Assembly: GCF_988243305.1 (NCBI RefSeq) | Contig: NZ_OZ547138.1 | Length of the DNA: 64,000 nucleotides | Source: a plasmid | Strand: one strand, 5' to 3' | Shown: in pieces, positions 17,408-28,451 of the stretch | Layout: every line of letters starts with the position of its first letter | Position numbering within the stretch: position 1 is the first letter of the stretch | Translations under genes and position numbers: made by a program | Notes under the pieces: model-generated | Databases searched by the model: none | Seen by the model: only the letters and a program-made list of their open reading frames with translations | Told to the model about the DNA's origin: nothing

Positions 17408-18754
17408 ATGCCAATGATACTTGTAAAGAAGAATCCCCGGGGCAAAGTGATTCGGGAGCTTAGCAGTGAGGAAGAGACTGCAGTAAAGACGGTCTGTGGA
17501 CTGAAAAGGCCAGCAACCATGGCACAACATAACCTGGCCAATGATCTTCTCCGGGAAATGCGTGAGTATGATGCATGGTTACAGTGTGACTGTATTCCGG
17601 GAGATTCGCCGGCCATGAATTTTGCTGCTCTTAAAAACAATACGGGTACTCTTTATCTGTCCAGTTTTAATCATGAGCATGCACCTGAATGCCCCATGTA
17701 TCGTCAGTTATCCGGAAATGAAGAGGAAACATCCTTCGGAGCAAGCCGGCATCCCGTTAGCACCCGTATAAATTACAGAAACTTTTTACCACCTGATGAC
17801 AGTAATTCTGTTATCAGACTGCAGGCCCGCTCTGCTTACCATAATGGTGAGCGCTCCTCCGTTCGCAAGAAACGTCCGCGCCTTGGCCGTTTACTCCTGT
17901 CGCTTATTGAAGATGCAGGGCTGAATAAACTGGATTCCCTGGCTAATCCCCGTATCCGGACTAATTATCGTGAGTGTCTTGATGCCATACGGCAGGTTAC
18001 ACTACAGCAGGAGTATATTCGGGGAAGAGCCTTATCTGAAATTATCCATTTCCGGCCAGGAATGTCTGAAAGGTCTCAGGAGCGGTTAATGGAAACGCTG
18101 GAGAATTCAGAACGACACTGGCCTGCCAGAAGAAAGCATATGTTCTTTCAGATTTTTATGGCGCAGCACATCTGTCGTGATGCTGTGGAAATTCACTGGG
18201 CGAACGGTAATATTCAGGTCATCAGACCTGTGCGGGGGATCAGTATTAATGGTGAAGCGCAGGGCGGAATACGTCCCCCTTACTGGGTTATTCTTGCTTT
18301 TTGCCGGAGTGCCGATGGCAGAATCATCTGCAGTGAAGGGTATGCTCATGCTCTTTATCAACTGACATGTCCGGTGCCTGTGGACAGCAAACTGGAACGA
18401 AACACGCTCACTGCTCTTCTGAATGTGGCCAGCTGGCTTAAAAGAAAGCCAGGTACGCCGGAATTAAGTCTGGAAAGGCCCCTGTTTGATACAGAAGTTT
18501 ATGTTAATGGTGAAAAGAAATATGTACTGCCGGATTTCATTGTCACAGCAAGGGCTCCTGACGGAAAGACGGCCAGAGTGGTCATCGAAACGATGGGATA
18601 TGAAGACAGTGATTACTGCGCGAGAAAATCCAGGCAGCATACCGGCATGAAGCAGATTGGTGTTCTGCATACCGATCCACCGAAATGGCTGGATAATGAT
18701 CATCCCCCTTTTAAGAAACATATGTACGGTGTTTTTATGCATCTCAGGTACTGA
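17408..18754 (+). CDS. Hypothetical 448-aa protein (yagA position upstream of cib)
   Basis: ATG at 17408 is preceded by AAGGAG. The track start at 17339 adds an implausible hydrophobic leader. Cys/His-containing N-terminal region. Identity is by position only. Confidence 0.65.
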   Translation: MPMILVKKNPRGKVIRELSSEEETAVKTVCGLKRPATMAQHNLANDLLREMREYDAWLQCDCIPGDSPAMNFAALKNNTGTLYLSSFNHEHAPECPMYRQLSGNEEETSFGASRHPVSTRINYRNFLPPDDSNSVIRLQARSAYHNGERSSVRKKRPRLGRLLLSLIEDAGLNKLDSLANPRIRTNYRECLDAIRQVTLQQEYIRGRALSEIIHFRPGMSERSQERLMETLENSERHWPARRKHMFFQIFMAQHICRDAVEIHWANGNIQVIRPVRGISINGEAQGGIRPPYWVILAFCRSADGRIICSEGYAHALYQLTCPVPVDSKLERNTLTALLNVASWLKRKPGTPELSLERPLFDTEVYVNGEKKYVLPDFIVTARAPDGKTARVVIETMGYEDSDYCARKSRQHTGMKQIGVLHTDPPKWLDNDHPPFKKHMYGVFMHLRY

Positions 18755-18930
18755 GATATTTTGTGGCTCAGTTCTGTAACTTTTCCCGTAACATTGTCTG
18801 TTGTTACGGGAAAGTCCGGTTTTTGTATTGCACCAGAGAATACCCAGACTGTGATGCTGCCACAGTGTCAGCAGGCTTTCTGAACGGTATAACACCACTT
18901 CATGTTAATGATAATTACTATCATTAAATC

Positions 18931-18993
18931 TTGACATGCCATTTTCTCCTTAATAAATTAGTACTGTATATGTATCCATATACGTAAGCAGTT
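18931..18993 (+). promoter_or_regulatory. cib promoter with overlapping double LexA (SOS) box
   Basis: TTGACA at 18931-18936, ATAAAT at 18953-18958, then tactgtatatgtatccatatacgtaagcagt at 18962-18992. That stretch is two overlapping CTGT-N8-ACAG-like boxes, typical of colicin promoters. Confidence 0.8.
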
Positions 18994-19032
18994 AATTCAT
19001 TTGTTTTCCTCAGAGGATGAAGGAGATACCGA

Positions 19033-20913
19033 ATGTCTGACCCTGTACGTATTACAAATCCCGGTGCAGAATCGCTGGGATATGATTCAGATGGCCATGA
19101 AATTATGGCCGTTGATATTTATGTAAACCCTCCACGTGTCGATGTCTTTCATGGTACCCCGCCTGCATGGAGTTCCTTCGGGAACAAAACCATCTGGGGT
19201 GGAAACGAGTGGGTCGATGATTCCCCAACCCGAAGTGATATCGAAAAAAGGGACAAGGAAATCACAGCGTACAAAAACACGCTCAGCGCGCAGCAGAAAG
19301 AGAATGAGAATAAGCGTACTGAAGCTGAAAAACGCCTTTCTGCGGCAATTGCTGCAAGGGAAAAAGATGAAAACACACTGAAAACACTCCGTGCCGGAAA
19401 CGCAGATGCCGCTGATATTACACGACAGGAGTTCAGACTCCTGCAGGCAGAGCTGAGAGAATACGGATTCCGTACTGAAATCGCCGGATATGATGCCCTC
19501 CGGCTGCATACAGAGAGCCGGATGCTGTTTGCTGATGCTGATTCTCTTCGTATATCTCCCCGCGAGGCCAGGTCGTTAATCGAACAGGCTGAAAAACGGC
19601 AGAAGGATGCGCAGAACGCAGACAAGAAGGCCGCTGATATGCTTGCTGAATACGAGCGCAGAAAAGGTATTCTGGACACGCGGTTGTCAGAGCTGGAAAA
19701 AAATGGCGGGGCAGCCCTTGCCGTTCTTGATGCACAACAGGCCCGTCTGCTCGGGCAGCAGACACGGAATGACAGGGCCATTTCAGAGGCCCGGAATAAA
19801 CTCAGTTCGGTGACGGAATCGCTTAAGACGGCCCGTAATGCATTAACCAGAGCTGAACAACAGCTGACGCAACAGAAAAACACGCCTGACGGCAAAACGA
19901 TAGTTTCCCCTGAAAAATTCTCGGGGCGTTCATCAACAAATCATTCTATTGTTGTGAGTGGTGATCCGAGGTTTGCCGGTACGATAAAAATCACAACCAG
20001 CGCGGTCATCGATAACCGTGCAAACCTGAATTATCTTCTGACCCATTCCGGTCTGGACTATAAACGCAATATTCTGAATGACCGGAATCCGGTGGTGACA
20101 GAGGATGTGGAAGGTGACAAGAAAATTTATAATGCTGAAGTTGCTGAATGGGATAAGTTACGGCAACGATTGCTTGATGCCAGAAATAAAATCACCTCTG
20201 CTGAATCTGCGATAAATTCGGCGAGAAATAACGTCAGTGCCAGAACAAATGAACAAAAGCATGCAAATGACGCTCTTAATGCCCTGTTGAAGGAAAAAGA
20301 GAATATCCGTAGCCAGCTTGCTGACATCAATCAGAAAATAGCTGAAGAGAAAAGAAAAAGGGATGAAATAAATATGGTAAAGGATGCCATAAAACTCACC
20401 TCTGATTTCTACAGAACGATATATGATGAGTTCGGTAAACAAGCATCCGAACTTGCTAAGGAGCTGGCTTCTGTATCTCAAGGGAAACAGATTAAGAGTG
20501 TGGATGATGCACTGAACGCTTTTGATAAATTCCGTAATAATCTGAACAAGAAATATAACATACAAGATCGCATGGCCATTTCTAAAGCCCTGGAAGCTAT
20601 TAATCAGGTCCATATGGCGGAGAATTTTAAGCTGTTCAGTAAGGCATTTGGTTTTACCGGAAAAGTTATTGATCGTTATGATGTTGCTGTGGAGTTACAA
20701 AAGGCTGTAAAAACGGACAACTGGCGTCCATTTTTTGTAAAACTTGAATCACTGGCAGCAGGAAGAGCTGCTTCAGCAGTTACAGCATGGGCGTTTTCCG
20801 TCATGCTGGGAACCCCTGTAGGTATTCTGGGTTTTGCAATTATTATGGCGGCTGTGAGTGCGCTTGTTAATGATAAGTTTATTGAGCAGGTCAATAAACT
20901 TATTGGTATCTGA
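19033..20913 (+). CDS. cib: Colicin Ib (pore-forming)
   Basis: 626 aa. The N-terminus MSDPVRITNPGAESLGYDSDGHEIMAVDIYV is shared by colicins Ia and Ib. The channel domain ends VNKLIGI, whereas Ia ends FWGI as I recall it. It is paired with the 115-aa Ib-type immunity gene. Confidence 0.9.
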   Translation: MSDPVRITNPGAESLGYDSDGHEIMAVDIYVNPPRVDVFHGTPPAWSSFGNKTIWGGNEWVDDSPTRSDIEKRDKEITAYKNTLSAQQKENENKRTEAEKRLSAAIAAREKDENTLKTLRAGNADAADITRQEFRLLQAELREYGFRTEIAGYDALRLHTESRMLFADADSLRISPREARSLIEQAEKRQKDAQNADKKAADMLAEYERRKGILDTRLSELEKNGGAALAVLDAQQARLLGQQTRNDRAISEARNKLSSVTESLKTARNALTRAEQQLTQQKNTPDGKTIVSPEKFSGRSSTNHSIVVSGDPRFAGTIKITTSAVIDNRANLNYLLTHSGLDYKRNILNDRNPVVTEDVEGDKKIYNAEVAEWDKLRQRLLDARNKITSAESAINSARNNVSARTNEQKHANDALNALLKEKENIRSQLADINQKIAEEKRKRDEINMVKDAIKLTSDFYRTIYDEFGKQASELAKELASVSQGKQIKSVDDALNAFDKFRNNLNKKYNIQDRMAISKALEAINQVHMAENFKLFSKAFGFTGKVIDRYDVAVELQKAVKTDNWRPFFVKLESLAAGRAASAVTAWAFSVMLGTPVGILGFAIIMAAVSALVNDKFIEQVNKLIGI

Positions 20914-20924
20914 CACATAATGAT

Positions 20925-20948
20925 GCCCTTTCATTTTCCTGAAAGGGC
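20925..20948. terminator. Hairpin shared by convergent cib and imm
   Basis: gccctttc-attttcct-gaaagggc, located between the cib stop and overlapping the imm 3' end. Confidence 0.55.
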
Positions 20949-21278
20949 TTTGCAGAGTATAAAAATTAAGTAAATGGCAACCACAGGAACTGATATAACG
21001 AAACAGAATAATTCAAATATTGCAGTTAAGCTTCCGCCAACTGGATTTGTAAAGAAGTCTTTTTGCCAGAATTCTTTCCCTGTAAACCTTATTACCATTT
21101 TCTGTATTATCCTCATTGAAAAAGGAAAAGTAATGGCACTGATAATGCATCCGATGAACGCATAAAACATTCTTGCATTTTCCTGGTTATCTTTCCATCC
21201 CAGATAAAAAACTGTAAGAATAATGAGGATTGGTATCAGGCTTTTCAGTAAATACTTTACAGATATATCCAGTTTCAT
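20931..21278 (-). CDS. imm: Colicin Ib immunity protein
   Basis: 115-aa, 3-TM protein starting MKLDISVKYLLKSLIPILIILTVFYLGW, convergent with cib. The length matches Ib immunity (Ia immunity is 111 aa). Confidence 0.85.
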   Translation of the reverse strand: MKLDISVKYLLKSLIPILIILTVFYLGWKDNQENARMFYAFIGCIISAITFPFSMRIIQKMVIRFTGKEFWQKDFFTNPVGGSLTAIFELFCFVISVPVVAIYLIFILCKALSGK

Positions 21279-21418
21279 CTGGTTTCTCCTTTATTGTTAT
21301 CGTGTACCGGTGCGTGATAACATAATCACAGCATGATAATAATAATCAATAACAATAAGCTGTGTCACGTTTACATCATGGAACGGAGGTGCTCCTGTGA
21401 CCTTTGAGCAGAAAAAAG

Positions 21419-22238
21419 GGCACTGTTGCAAAGTTAGCGATGAGGCAGCCTTTTGTCTTATTCAAAGGCCTTACATTTCAAAAACTCTGCTTACCAGGCG
21501 CATTTCGCCCAGGGGATCACCATAATAAAATGCTGAGGCCTGGCCTTTGCGTAGTGCACGCATCACCTCAATACCTTTGATGGTGGCGTAAGCCGTCTTC
21601 ATGGATTTAAATCCCAGCGTGGCGTTGATTATCCGTTTCAGTTTGCCATGATCGCATTCAATCACGTTGTTCCGGTACTTAATCTGTCGGTGTTCAACGT
21701 CAGACGGGCACCGGCCTTCGCGTTTGAGCAGAGCAAGCGCGCGACCATAGGCGGGCGCTTTATCCGTGTTGATGAATCGTGGGATCTGCCACTTCTTCAC
21801 GTTGTTGAGGATTTTACCCAGAAACCGGTATGCAGCTTTGCTGTTACGACGGGAGGAGAGATAAAAATCGACAGTGCGGCCCCGGCTGTCGACGGCCCGG
21901 TACAGATACGCCCAGCGGCCATTGACCTTCACGTAGGTTTCATCCATGTGCCACGGGCAAAGATCGGAAGGGTTACGCCAGTACCAGCGCAGCCGTTTTT
22001 CCATTTCAGGCGCATAACGCTGAACCCAGCGGTAAATCGTGGAGTGATCGACATTCACTCCGCGTTCAGCCAGCATCTCCTGCAGCTCACGGTAACTGAT
22101 GCCGTATTTGCAGTACCAGCGTACGGCCCACAGAATGATGTCACGCTGAAAATGCCGGCCTTTGAATGGGTTCATGTGCAGCTCCATCAGCAAAAGGGGA
22201 TGATAAGTTTATCACCACCGACTATTTGCAACAGTGCC
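21419..22238 (-). mobile_element. IS26 (copy 1, 820 bp)
   Basis: 14-bp terminal IRs: GGCACTGTTGCAAA at 21419-21432 and its complement at 22225-22238. The length is exactly 820 bp. Flanking 8-mers (gaaaaaag / gactggtt) differ, so there is no TSD. Confidence 0.97.
21471..22175 (-). CDS. tnp26: IS26 transposase Tnp26 (Asn at residue 184)
   Basis: 234 aa from MNPFKGRHFQRDIILWAVRWYCKYG. Reads KRIINATLGF where copy 2 has KRIIGATLGF. Confidence 0.97.
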   Translation of the reverse strand: MNPFKGRHFQRDIILWAVRWYCKYGISYRELQEMLAERGVNVDHSTIYRWVQRYAPEMEKRLRWYWRNPSDLCPWHMDETYVKVNGRWAYLYRAVDSRGRTVDFYLSSRRNSKAAYRFLGKILNNVKKWQIPRFINTDKAPAYGRALALLKREGRCPSDVEHRQIKYRNNVIECDHGKLKRIINATLGFKSMKTAYATIKGIEVMRALRKGQASAFYYGDPLGEMRLVSRVFEM

Positions 22239-22754
22239 GACTGGTTTCATATCACCATGAGGCTGAAGGTGCTCATGCAATATGCCCGGGGACTGCTGGT
22301 ATCAGATCCAGAGGCGGGGAGTAAAGTTCTGGCACTGCTGGAAAGCATTAAACGATATCTCTGGCATGGCAATGTTGTCGCTGCGCTGGAACATATTGAT
22401 AATTGCGTTATGTATTGCGATGACCCTGAACTCAGCTATCCTAGCCTGAAATCCCTGCAAAAACATCTGGATGAAATGTATACCTACATCCGGAATAATA
22501 AGATGATGATCCCAAACTACGGCGAAATGCGTCGGTACGGAGAGCCGGTATCAACCGCGTTTGTGGAATCCACGATCAATGAAGTGATCGCCAGACGAAT
22601 GGCCAAAAAGCAGCAGATGCAGTGGAGCAGAAAAGGGGCTCATTATTTGTTACAGACCCGGACCGCCGTTTTGAATAACGAACTGCAGGATAAATTTGTC
22701 TGCTGGTATCCGGGTTTTCAAAGTGACGGGAAGGGACCAGCGATGGCAGCATAG
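22239..22754 (+). pseudogene. 3' fragment of an ISKra4-family (ISKpn19-like) transposase, cut by IS26
   Basis: 171 codons are in frame directly from the IS26 end (DWFHITMRLKV...QWSRKGAHYLLQTRTAVLNNEL). No N-terminal part is present. The ISKpn19 name comes from the usual qnrS1 context, from memory. Confidence 0.6.
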
Positions 22755-22777
22755 CTCACGCTGCCCCAATATTTTTT

Positions 22778-23215
22778 ATGCTCTCGGTCGTATGGAAGCT
22801 GGACCGCCTCGGTCGTGATCTTCGTCATCTCATTAATACAGTGCACGACCTGACCGCGAGGGGGACCGGTCTGAAAGTGCTGACCGGTCACGGGGCGACT
22901 ATCGACACAACAACGGCCGCTGGCAAGCTTGTCTTCGGTATCTTTGCCGCACTGGCGGAGTTTGAGCGCGAACTGATTGCTGAAAGAACGACTGCAGGTC
23001 TGGCATCAGCAAGAGCCCGTGGGCGGAACGGCGGCCGACCTTATAAAATGACGCCAGTCAAACTGCGACTGGCAATGGCATCAATGGGACAATCAGAAAC
23101 AAAGGTCAGTACGCTATGCCAGGAACTTGGGATAACCCGGCAAACTTTGTACAGGCATATTTCCCCTGTTGGTCAACTGCGGGCGGACGGGATCAAGCTG
23201 CTCAACCGTGGATAA
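22778..23215 (+). pseudogene. N-terminally truncated serine recombinase/resolvase (tnpR fragment)
   Basis: Begins at the VVWKLDRLGR motif, so the catalytic Ser region is missing. The C-terminal HTH (ITRQTLYRH) is retained. Confidence 0.8.
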
Positions 23216-23289
23216 TTTGAACGGACGGAAAAATCTGGGGTTCCGGCGTAGTACCCCTATCACCTCCACATTTTTGCAACAGTGCCTTA

Positions 23290-23521
23290 TAAATGGCAGC
23301 CTTATGTTTACTTGCCAAGATGGGCTACCATATGATGTTTTATACTGAGCAATATTAATATTATCTTTAATGGAAAAATTAAGCCCACTAAGTGACCCAC
23401 TGCTATATGGCTCTATTGTGAAGACGCCTGAGGGTAAAAATTTATACATGGTTGTCCCTATGTCTATTATTGCAAGGTTGACAATATTATTCGTTTTATA
23501 AATTTGAGCGTTTAAAATCAC
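23290..23521 (-). pseudogene. Possible amidase-gene remnant
   Basis: The AT-rich ORF contains LSGLNFSIKDNINIAQYKTSYGSPSW, which resembles the amidase-signature N-terminal region. It then runs into the antisense of the tnpR fragment. Weak call. Confidence 0.3.
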
Positions 23522-23533
23522 ACATCAAAGCAA

Positions 23534-24190
23534 TTAGTCAGGATAAACAACAATACCCAGTGCTTCGAGAATCAGTTCTTGCTGCCAGGCTGCAATTTTG
23601 ATACCTGATGTATCGACTTTGCGGGGATCTAAACCGTCGAGTTCGGCGTGGCATAAATTGGCACCCTGTAGGCTAAATTGCCCCCAGACATCTTCGGAAA
23701 AAACACCTCGACTTAAGTCTGACTCTTTCAGTGATGCACCCGCTAGGTTCGTTCCTATCCAGCGATTTTCAAACAACTCACATTTTTCTAAACAAACCCT
23801 CTCCATATTGGCATAGGAAAGATTACATCCAGAAATAAATGCTGAGCAAAAGTACATACGATTACTCACTTGATGGGCAAAGTTTGTTCGGGAAAAGTTG
23901 GCACCTTTTAAATCACACGCACGGAACTCTATACCGTAGCAATTGGCATTACTGAAGTTTGCCATCGCAAGTTGGCATTGTTGGAAACTTGCATCACGAA
24001 GATCTGCGACATCAAAGTGGCAGCCTTCGATATCACCCTGTTCAATGAACTTGCAGTTGACGAATGTCGTATCACGCAAGTTAGCACGTCGAAAGTCGCT
24101 GCGAATGAATGTGCAAGCGGTGAAGGTGAGATCACTTAAGTCTTTATGTGAAAAGTTGTGGTGCCGATATGTATGATTGTAGGTTTCCAT
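23534..24190 (-). CDS. qnrS1: Quinolone-resistance pentapeptide-repeat protein QnrS1
   Basis: 218 aa: METYNHTYRHHNFSHKDLSDLTFTACTFIRSDFRRANLRD...ILEALGIVVYPD. It matches QnrS1 as I remember it. Confidence 0.93.
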   Translation of the reverse strand: METYNHTYRHHNFSHKDLSDLTFTACTFIRSDFRRANLRDTTFVNCKFIEQGDIEGCHFDVADLRDASFQQCQLAMANFSNANCYGIEFRACDLKGANFSRTNFAHQVSNRMYFCSAFISGCNLSYANMERVCLEKCELFENRWIGTNLAGASLKESDLSRGVFSEDVWGQFSLQGANLCHAELDGLDPRKVDTSGIKIAAWQQELILEALGIVVYPD

Positions 24191-24493
24191 GAGTACTCCT
24201 TGTTGAAAGGAGGGCTAGACTACCATTATACATATGCCAAGACATTAAAATAAAAGCCTGTTACATCAACACATTACAACCCCTCAATTTACCTGTTTTA
24301 AGTGGTCAAATTGGCGCGTAGAGCGCCTATCGCTCTTGCATTGGCACGCGGCCCTGTTGAAAAAAGTTATTCGCTTTAGATAGGGTTAGGAGAGCCGTGC
24401 TTCGCCGGTAAAAAATCGGACTATCCGACGCAGGGCGGACTCATCGGCGGAGAAGCAAACTTTGACTATATCTCCCTACACTTGGAAGAGGGC

Positions 24494-25609
24494 TAGACTG
24501 GCCCCATAGATCACCAGACACTTCGACTCTCTTAAAATAAGAGGTAGTCTTGGAACTATGTTTAATACCAGTCAGAACGATAAGATGGTTGAAGTGTTAT
24601 CAGGACCTGAGCGGCGTCGGCGTCGTACACCGCAGGAAAAAATTGCCATTATTCAGCAGACTATGGAGCCCGGTATGACCGTGTCTCATGTCGCGCGCCT
24701 GCATGGCATCAATGCAAACCAGATATTCAAATGGCGCAAGCAATATTAAGACGGTTCACTGACGGCTGTTGCATCGGGCGAGGAAGTGGTGCCGGCCTCC
24801 GAACTCGCTGCCGCCAATAAGCAAATTCGCGAACTCCAGCGCCTTCTGGGCAAAAAGACGATGGAAGCCGAGATACTCAAAGAGGCCGTGGAGTTCGGCC
24901 GGGCAAAAAAATGGATTGCGCATGCGCCCTCGTTGCCTGGGAACGACGAATAAGCGACGTTTGCAGAAGTCTTGGCGTGTCGCGTGCGCAGTTGAGCATT
25001 CGGGTTCACCGGCCATCTGACTGACAGGATCGCAGACGGCAGCCCCGTTCTGACGATACCACCGTATTGTCCCGGATAAACATGGCGGTGGCTGACCTGC
25101 CGACGTATGGTTATCGCCGTGTGTGGGCGCTGCTGCGACGGGAGTCGGAGCGGGACGGCCTGCCTGTGGTTAATGCAAAGCGGGTGTATCGCATTATGAG
25201 AACGCATAATCTGCTTCTTGAACGTAAACCCGCTGATCCTTGCCGTAAGCGGGCCCATAAGGGGCGCGTAGCAGTAGCGGAAAGTAACCGGCGCTGGTGC
25301 TCAGATGGCTTTGAGTTCCGCTGTGATAATGGCGAAAAGCTGCGGGTGACCTTCGCGCAGGACTGCTGCGACAGGGAGATCATTGACTGGGCAGCGAGCA
25401 CCGGAGGCTATGACAAAGAAACGGTGCAGGATGTCATGCTGGGTGCGGTGGAAAAACGCTTCGGAAGGCAGTTGCCAACAGTGCCGGCGTTCGCCCGGTT
25501 GCTGGGACTGGAGCCTTGTACGACAGCAGTGCGAAGCCCGGAAAGCAATGGCATAGCAGAAAGCTTCGTGATGACGATAAAACGGGACTACATCAGCATC
25601 AGGATTTTA
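24494..25609 (+). mobile_element. Decayed IS3-family (IS2 group, ISEcl2-like) element, truncated by Tn3-family IR
   Basis: IS2-like IRL begins tagactggcccc at 24494. orfA (24558-) has a TAA at 24747 in place of a sense codon. orfB (25067-) lacks about 17 codons including the WLTDNG DDE region, and ends at DYISI where the Tn3 IR begins. Confidence 0.8.
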
Positions 25610-25647
25610 GGGGTCTGACGCTCAGTGGAACGAAAACTCACGTTAAG
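25610..25647 (+). repeat. Tn3-family 38-bp terminal inverted repeat (tnpA end)
   Basis: ggggtctgacgctcagtggaacgaaaactcacgttaag. The exact inverse copy is at 30132-30169. Confidence 0.97.
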
Positions 25648-28439
25648 CAACGTTTTCTGCCTCTGACGCCTCTTTTAATGGTCTCAGATGTCCTTTGGTC
25701 ACCAGTTCTGCCAGCGTGAAGGAATAATGGCCGAGCATATTGATATGTCCGTGGCAAAGCGGGGAGAGGCGTGCGATATCTTCATCATTCAGTGTTTCAC
25801 CCTGCGCCCGGAGATGATCCAGGGCTGCCTGCATATAAATAGTGTTCCATAACACGACGGCGTTAGTGACCAGCCCCAGTGTGCCCAGTTGATCTTCCTG
25901 ACCGTCGGTATATCGTTTTCTTATCTCACCTTTTTGACCGTGACAGATGGCTCTGGCAACGGCATGGCGACTTTCTCCCCGATTAAGCTGGGTCAGAATG
26001 CGCCGGCGGTAATCTTCATCATCAATATAATTAAGCAGATACAGCGTTTTGTTGATGCGCCCCACTTCAATGATTGCCTGAGTCAGTCCGGAAGGACGTT
26101 CACTTTTCAGCAATGAACGGACCAGCACTGAAACCTGTACTTTGCCCAGCTTCAGGGAGCCAGCGGTCCGGATCATTTCGTCCCACTGAAGGACTATTTT
26201 TCGGGGATCTGATTGCCCTCTGGCAATATCATTCAGCACGCCATAGTCGGCATCATGGTCCATTCGCCAGAAAACCGAAGCACCGGCATCAGCCAGGCGT
26301 GGAGAAAACTGGTATCCCAGCAGCCAGAAAAGGCCAAAGACAAGTTCGCTGGCACCTGCTGTATCGGTCATAATTTCGGTTGGATTCAGCCCGGTCTCCT
26401 GTTCCAGAAGACCTTCCAGCACAAAGATAGAGTCCCTCAGCGTCCCCGGTATAACGATGCCATGAAAGCCGGAATACTGATCGGACACAAAGTTGTACCA
26501 GGTGATCCCTCTGTTATTACCAAAGTATTTGCGGTTCGGTCCGGCATTGATTGTTCTGACTGGCGTAACAAAGCGCATTCCATCTGCAGATGCCACTTCT
26601 CCTCCACCCCATATCTGTGCCAGTGGCAGCGTTGCCTGAAAATCAACCAGTCTGGCATTAGCGCTGGTGATAGTTTCAGCCCGCAGATAGTTCGCTTTTG
26701 TCCAGTTCAGCCGGTGTCGGGTCAGTGCAGGAACATTTGATCTGATCAGTGGTTCCAGACCGATATTGCAGGCTTCAGCCATCAGCACGGCGCTGATGCT
26801 GACGGGCAGATCATCAACTCTGGCACTGGCTTCACTAGCATGGAAAAACTCATCAGCAAATCCGGTATGGGCGTTAATTTCGAGCAGCAACTCCGTTAAA
26901 TCCACCGGAGGGAGTAGATCACTGATCATTTTGCTCAGTCGTTTCAGACTGTCCGGCTCATCAAGACTGGCGAGGGGAGAAATTGTCAACCGGGGCTTCG
27001 GGCCAGAAACATCGAGTTCGACAGCCTCATTTTCGCAAAGACGTGCAGCAACCTGTCTGTAACGACTATCAAGCTGATGACCCAGAGATTTTATTGCTTC
27101 CTGCGGGTCTGTCGGGTGCCCCAAAGAACGATAAACCTTAATCCGGTTTGCCTGCCAGTCAGCACCCTGTAGTAATCTTGCACGAGGATCTCCCCACCGG
27201 TTACTGCCGGTAACGTAGACATCCCTCCGCCTCAGACTATCCTGCAGTTTACTGAGAAAGCAGAGCGTGTATCCCCTGCGGGTGATATGTTTTTCCTTGT
27301 TAATCACCAGCCGTTTCCATGACCGACTGATAATTTCCGTTGGTGCGTCGTCAAAAAACTGCCGCCGTGAGCTGAACTCCCGGCTGAGGTAGTCACAGGC
27401 ATTCAGAGTGGTAACCCCGGCAGGTGCGGATGAAAATTTAACGGTATTCAGCAGATGGGGCAGGAAACGACGAACGCGCCCGTACTGCTCCACCATTTCT
27501 TCATGAAAATTATCGTCTGAGGGCCGGGCAATTTCACGGACAAGCGTGATGATTTCAGCCAGCTTTTGCCTTGGGATGTAGCTGAACACCTCAGCACGAA
27601 TCGATTCGTCCGGTGTTTCTTCTTTCAGCAGGTACGAACATGCGCTGGCGAGCGCCAATGCAGATTTATCCAGATCCTTCAGCGAGCGGAGCCGTTTTTT
27701 CTGCCCAATCTTTCTGGCGTCACGGATGATAACGGCCAGCATGGCGTCCAGAACGTCCAATGCATCATCCAGCGCCAGCGTTTCCCATGCAAGGACAAAG
27801 GCAACCAGAACCGCCATCCTTTTCTGCGGTGACATCCTGGCAATATTGAACACCGAAGTCATACCAGCATAACGTGCGAGATTTTTCAGGCGCACAGCCG
27901 GGAGTGTACTCAGGTTTTCAGCATGCAGGCCAAAATCGTTCAGAGTTTTCCAGCGTTCAATTGCTTCATTAAACGCCGGACCACTGATGGTCACAGGGCC
28001 CTTTTTCAGTGATTCCAGTAAAGACAGGCGGCTGCAATCAGTTGGCCCCAGCAGCATCTCCAGCTGTGAACGCTGTTCGGCTGACGGTATCAGTGCCAGT
28101 TTGTTCCACAGGCGCAACGTCGCCTTTTCCCTTACCTCTGAAATCAACCGGGTCAGCGTAGTGGCTCCGGGGAGAATAATACGATGTTGCATAAGCCACC
28201 CTGTCGCCAGATCGAAAAGCAGGCCAGGACGTTCGTTGCTTATCCAGCTCCGGGTATATAAAAGACGGGTAAGGCGAAATGTCCAGGGCCAGGCAAATTC
28301 ACGATACTGATAGTGCTGACGTATCAGCGCTGCATGCTCACGGCGGGTATTTTCCCTCTGACCGTATTCTGCAAGAACGGTGATATCACGAATCCCGAGC
28401 TGTCTGGCGGTAAAATGCCGGACGCCGGAAGGAATATGA
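25643..28439 (-). pseudogene. tnpA: Tn3/Tn2 transposase tnpA lacking the first 70 codons
   Basis: The frame reads HIPSGVRHFTARQLG...EASEAENVA (931 of 1001 aa). Homology stops at 28439, where the blaCTX-M transposition unit begins. The track ORF starts only at an internal Met (28192). Confidence 0.95.
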
Positions 28440-28451
28440 CCTGGGACCTAC

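Noticed and set aside
21648-22754. 368-aa plus-strand ORF spanning IS26 and the downstream fragment
   Set aside because: It is a chimera of the well-known IS26 antisense ORF read through the IR into the truncated ISKra4-family transposase frame. It is not a real gene. The same applies to 54377-55393 on the other IS26 copy.
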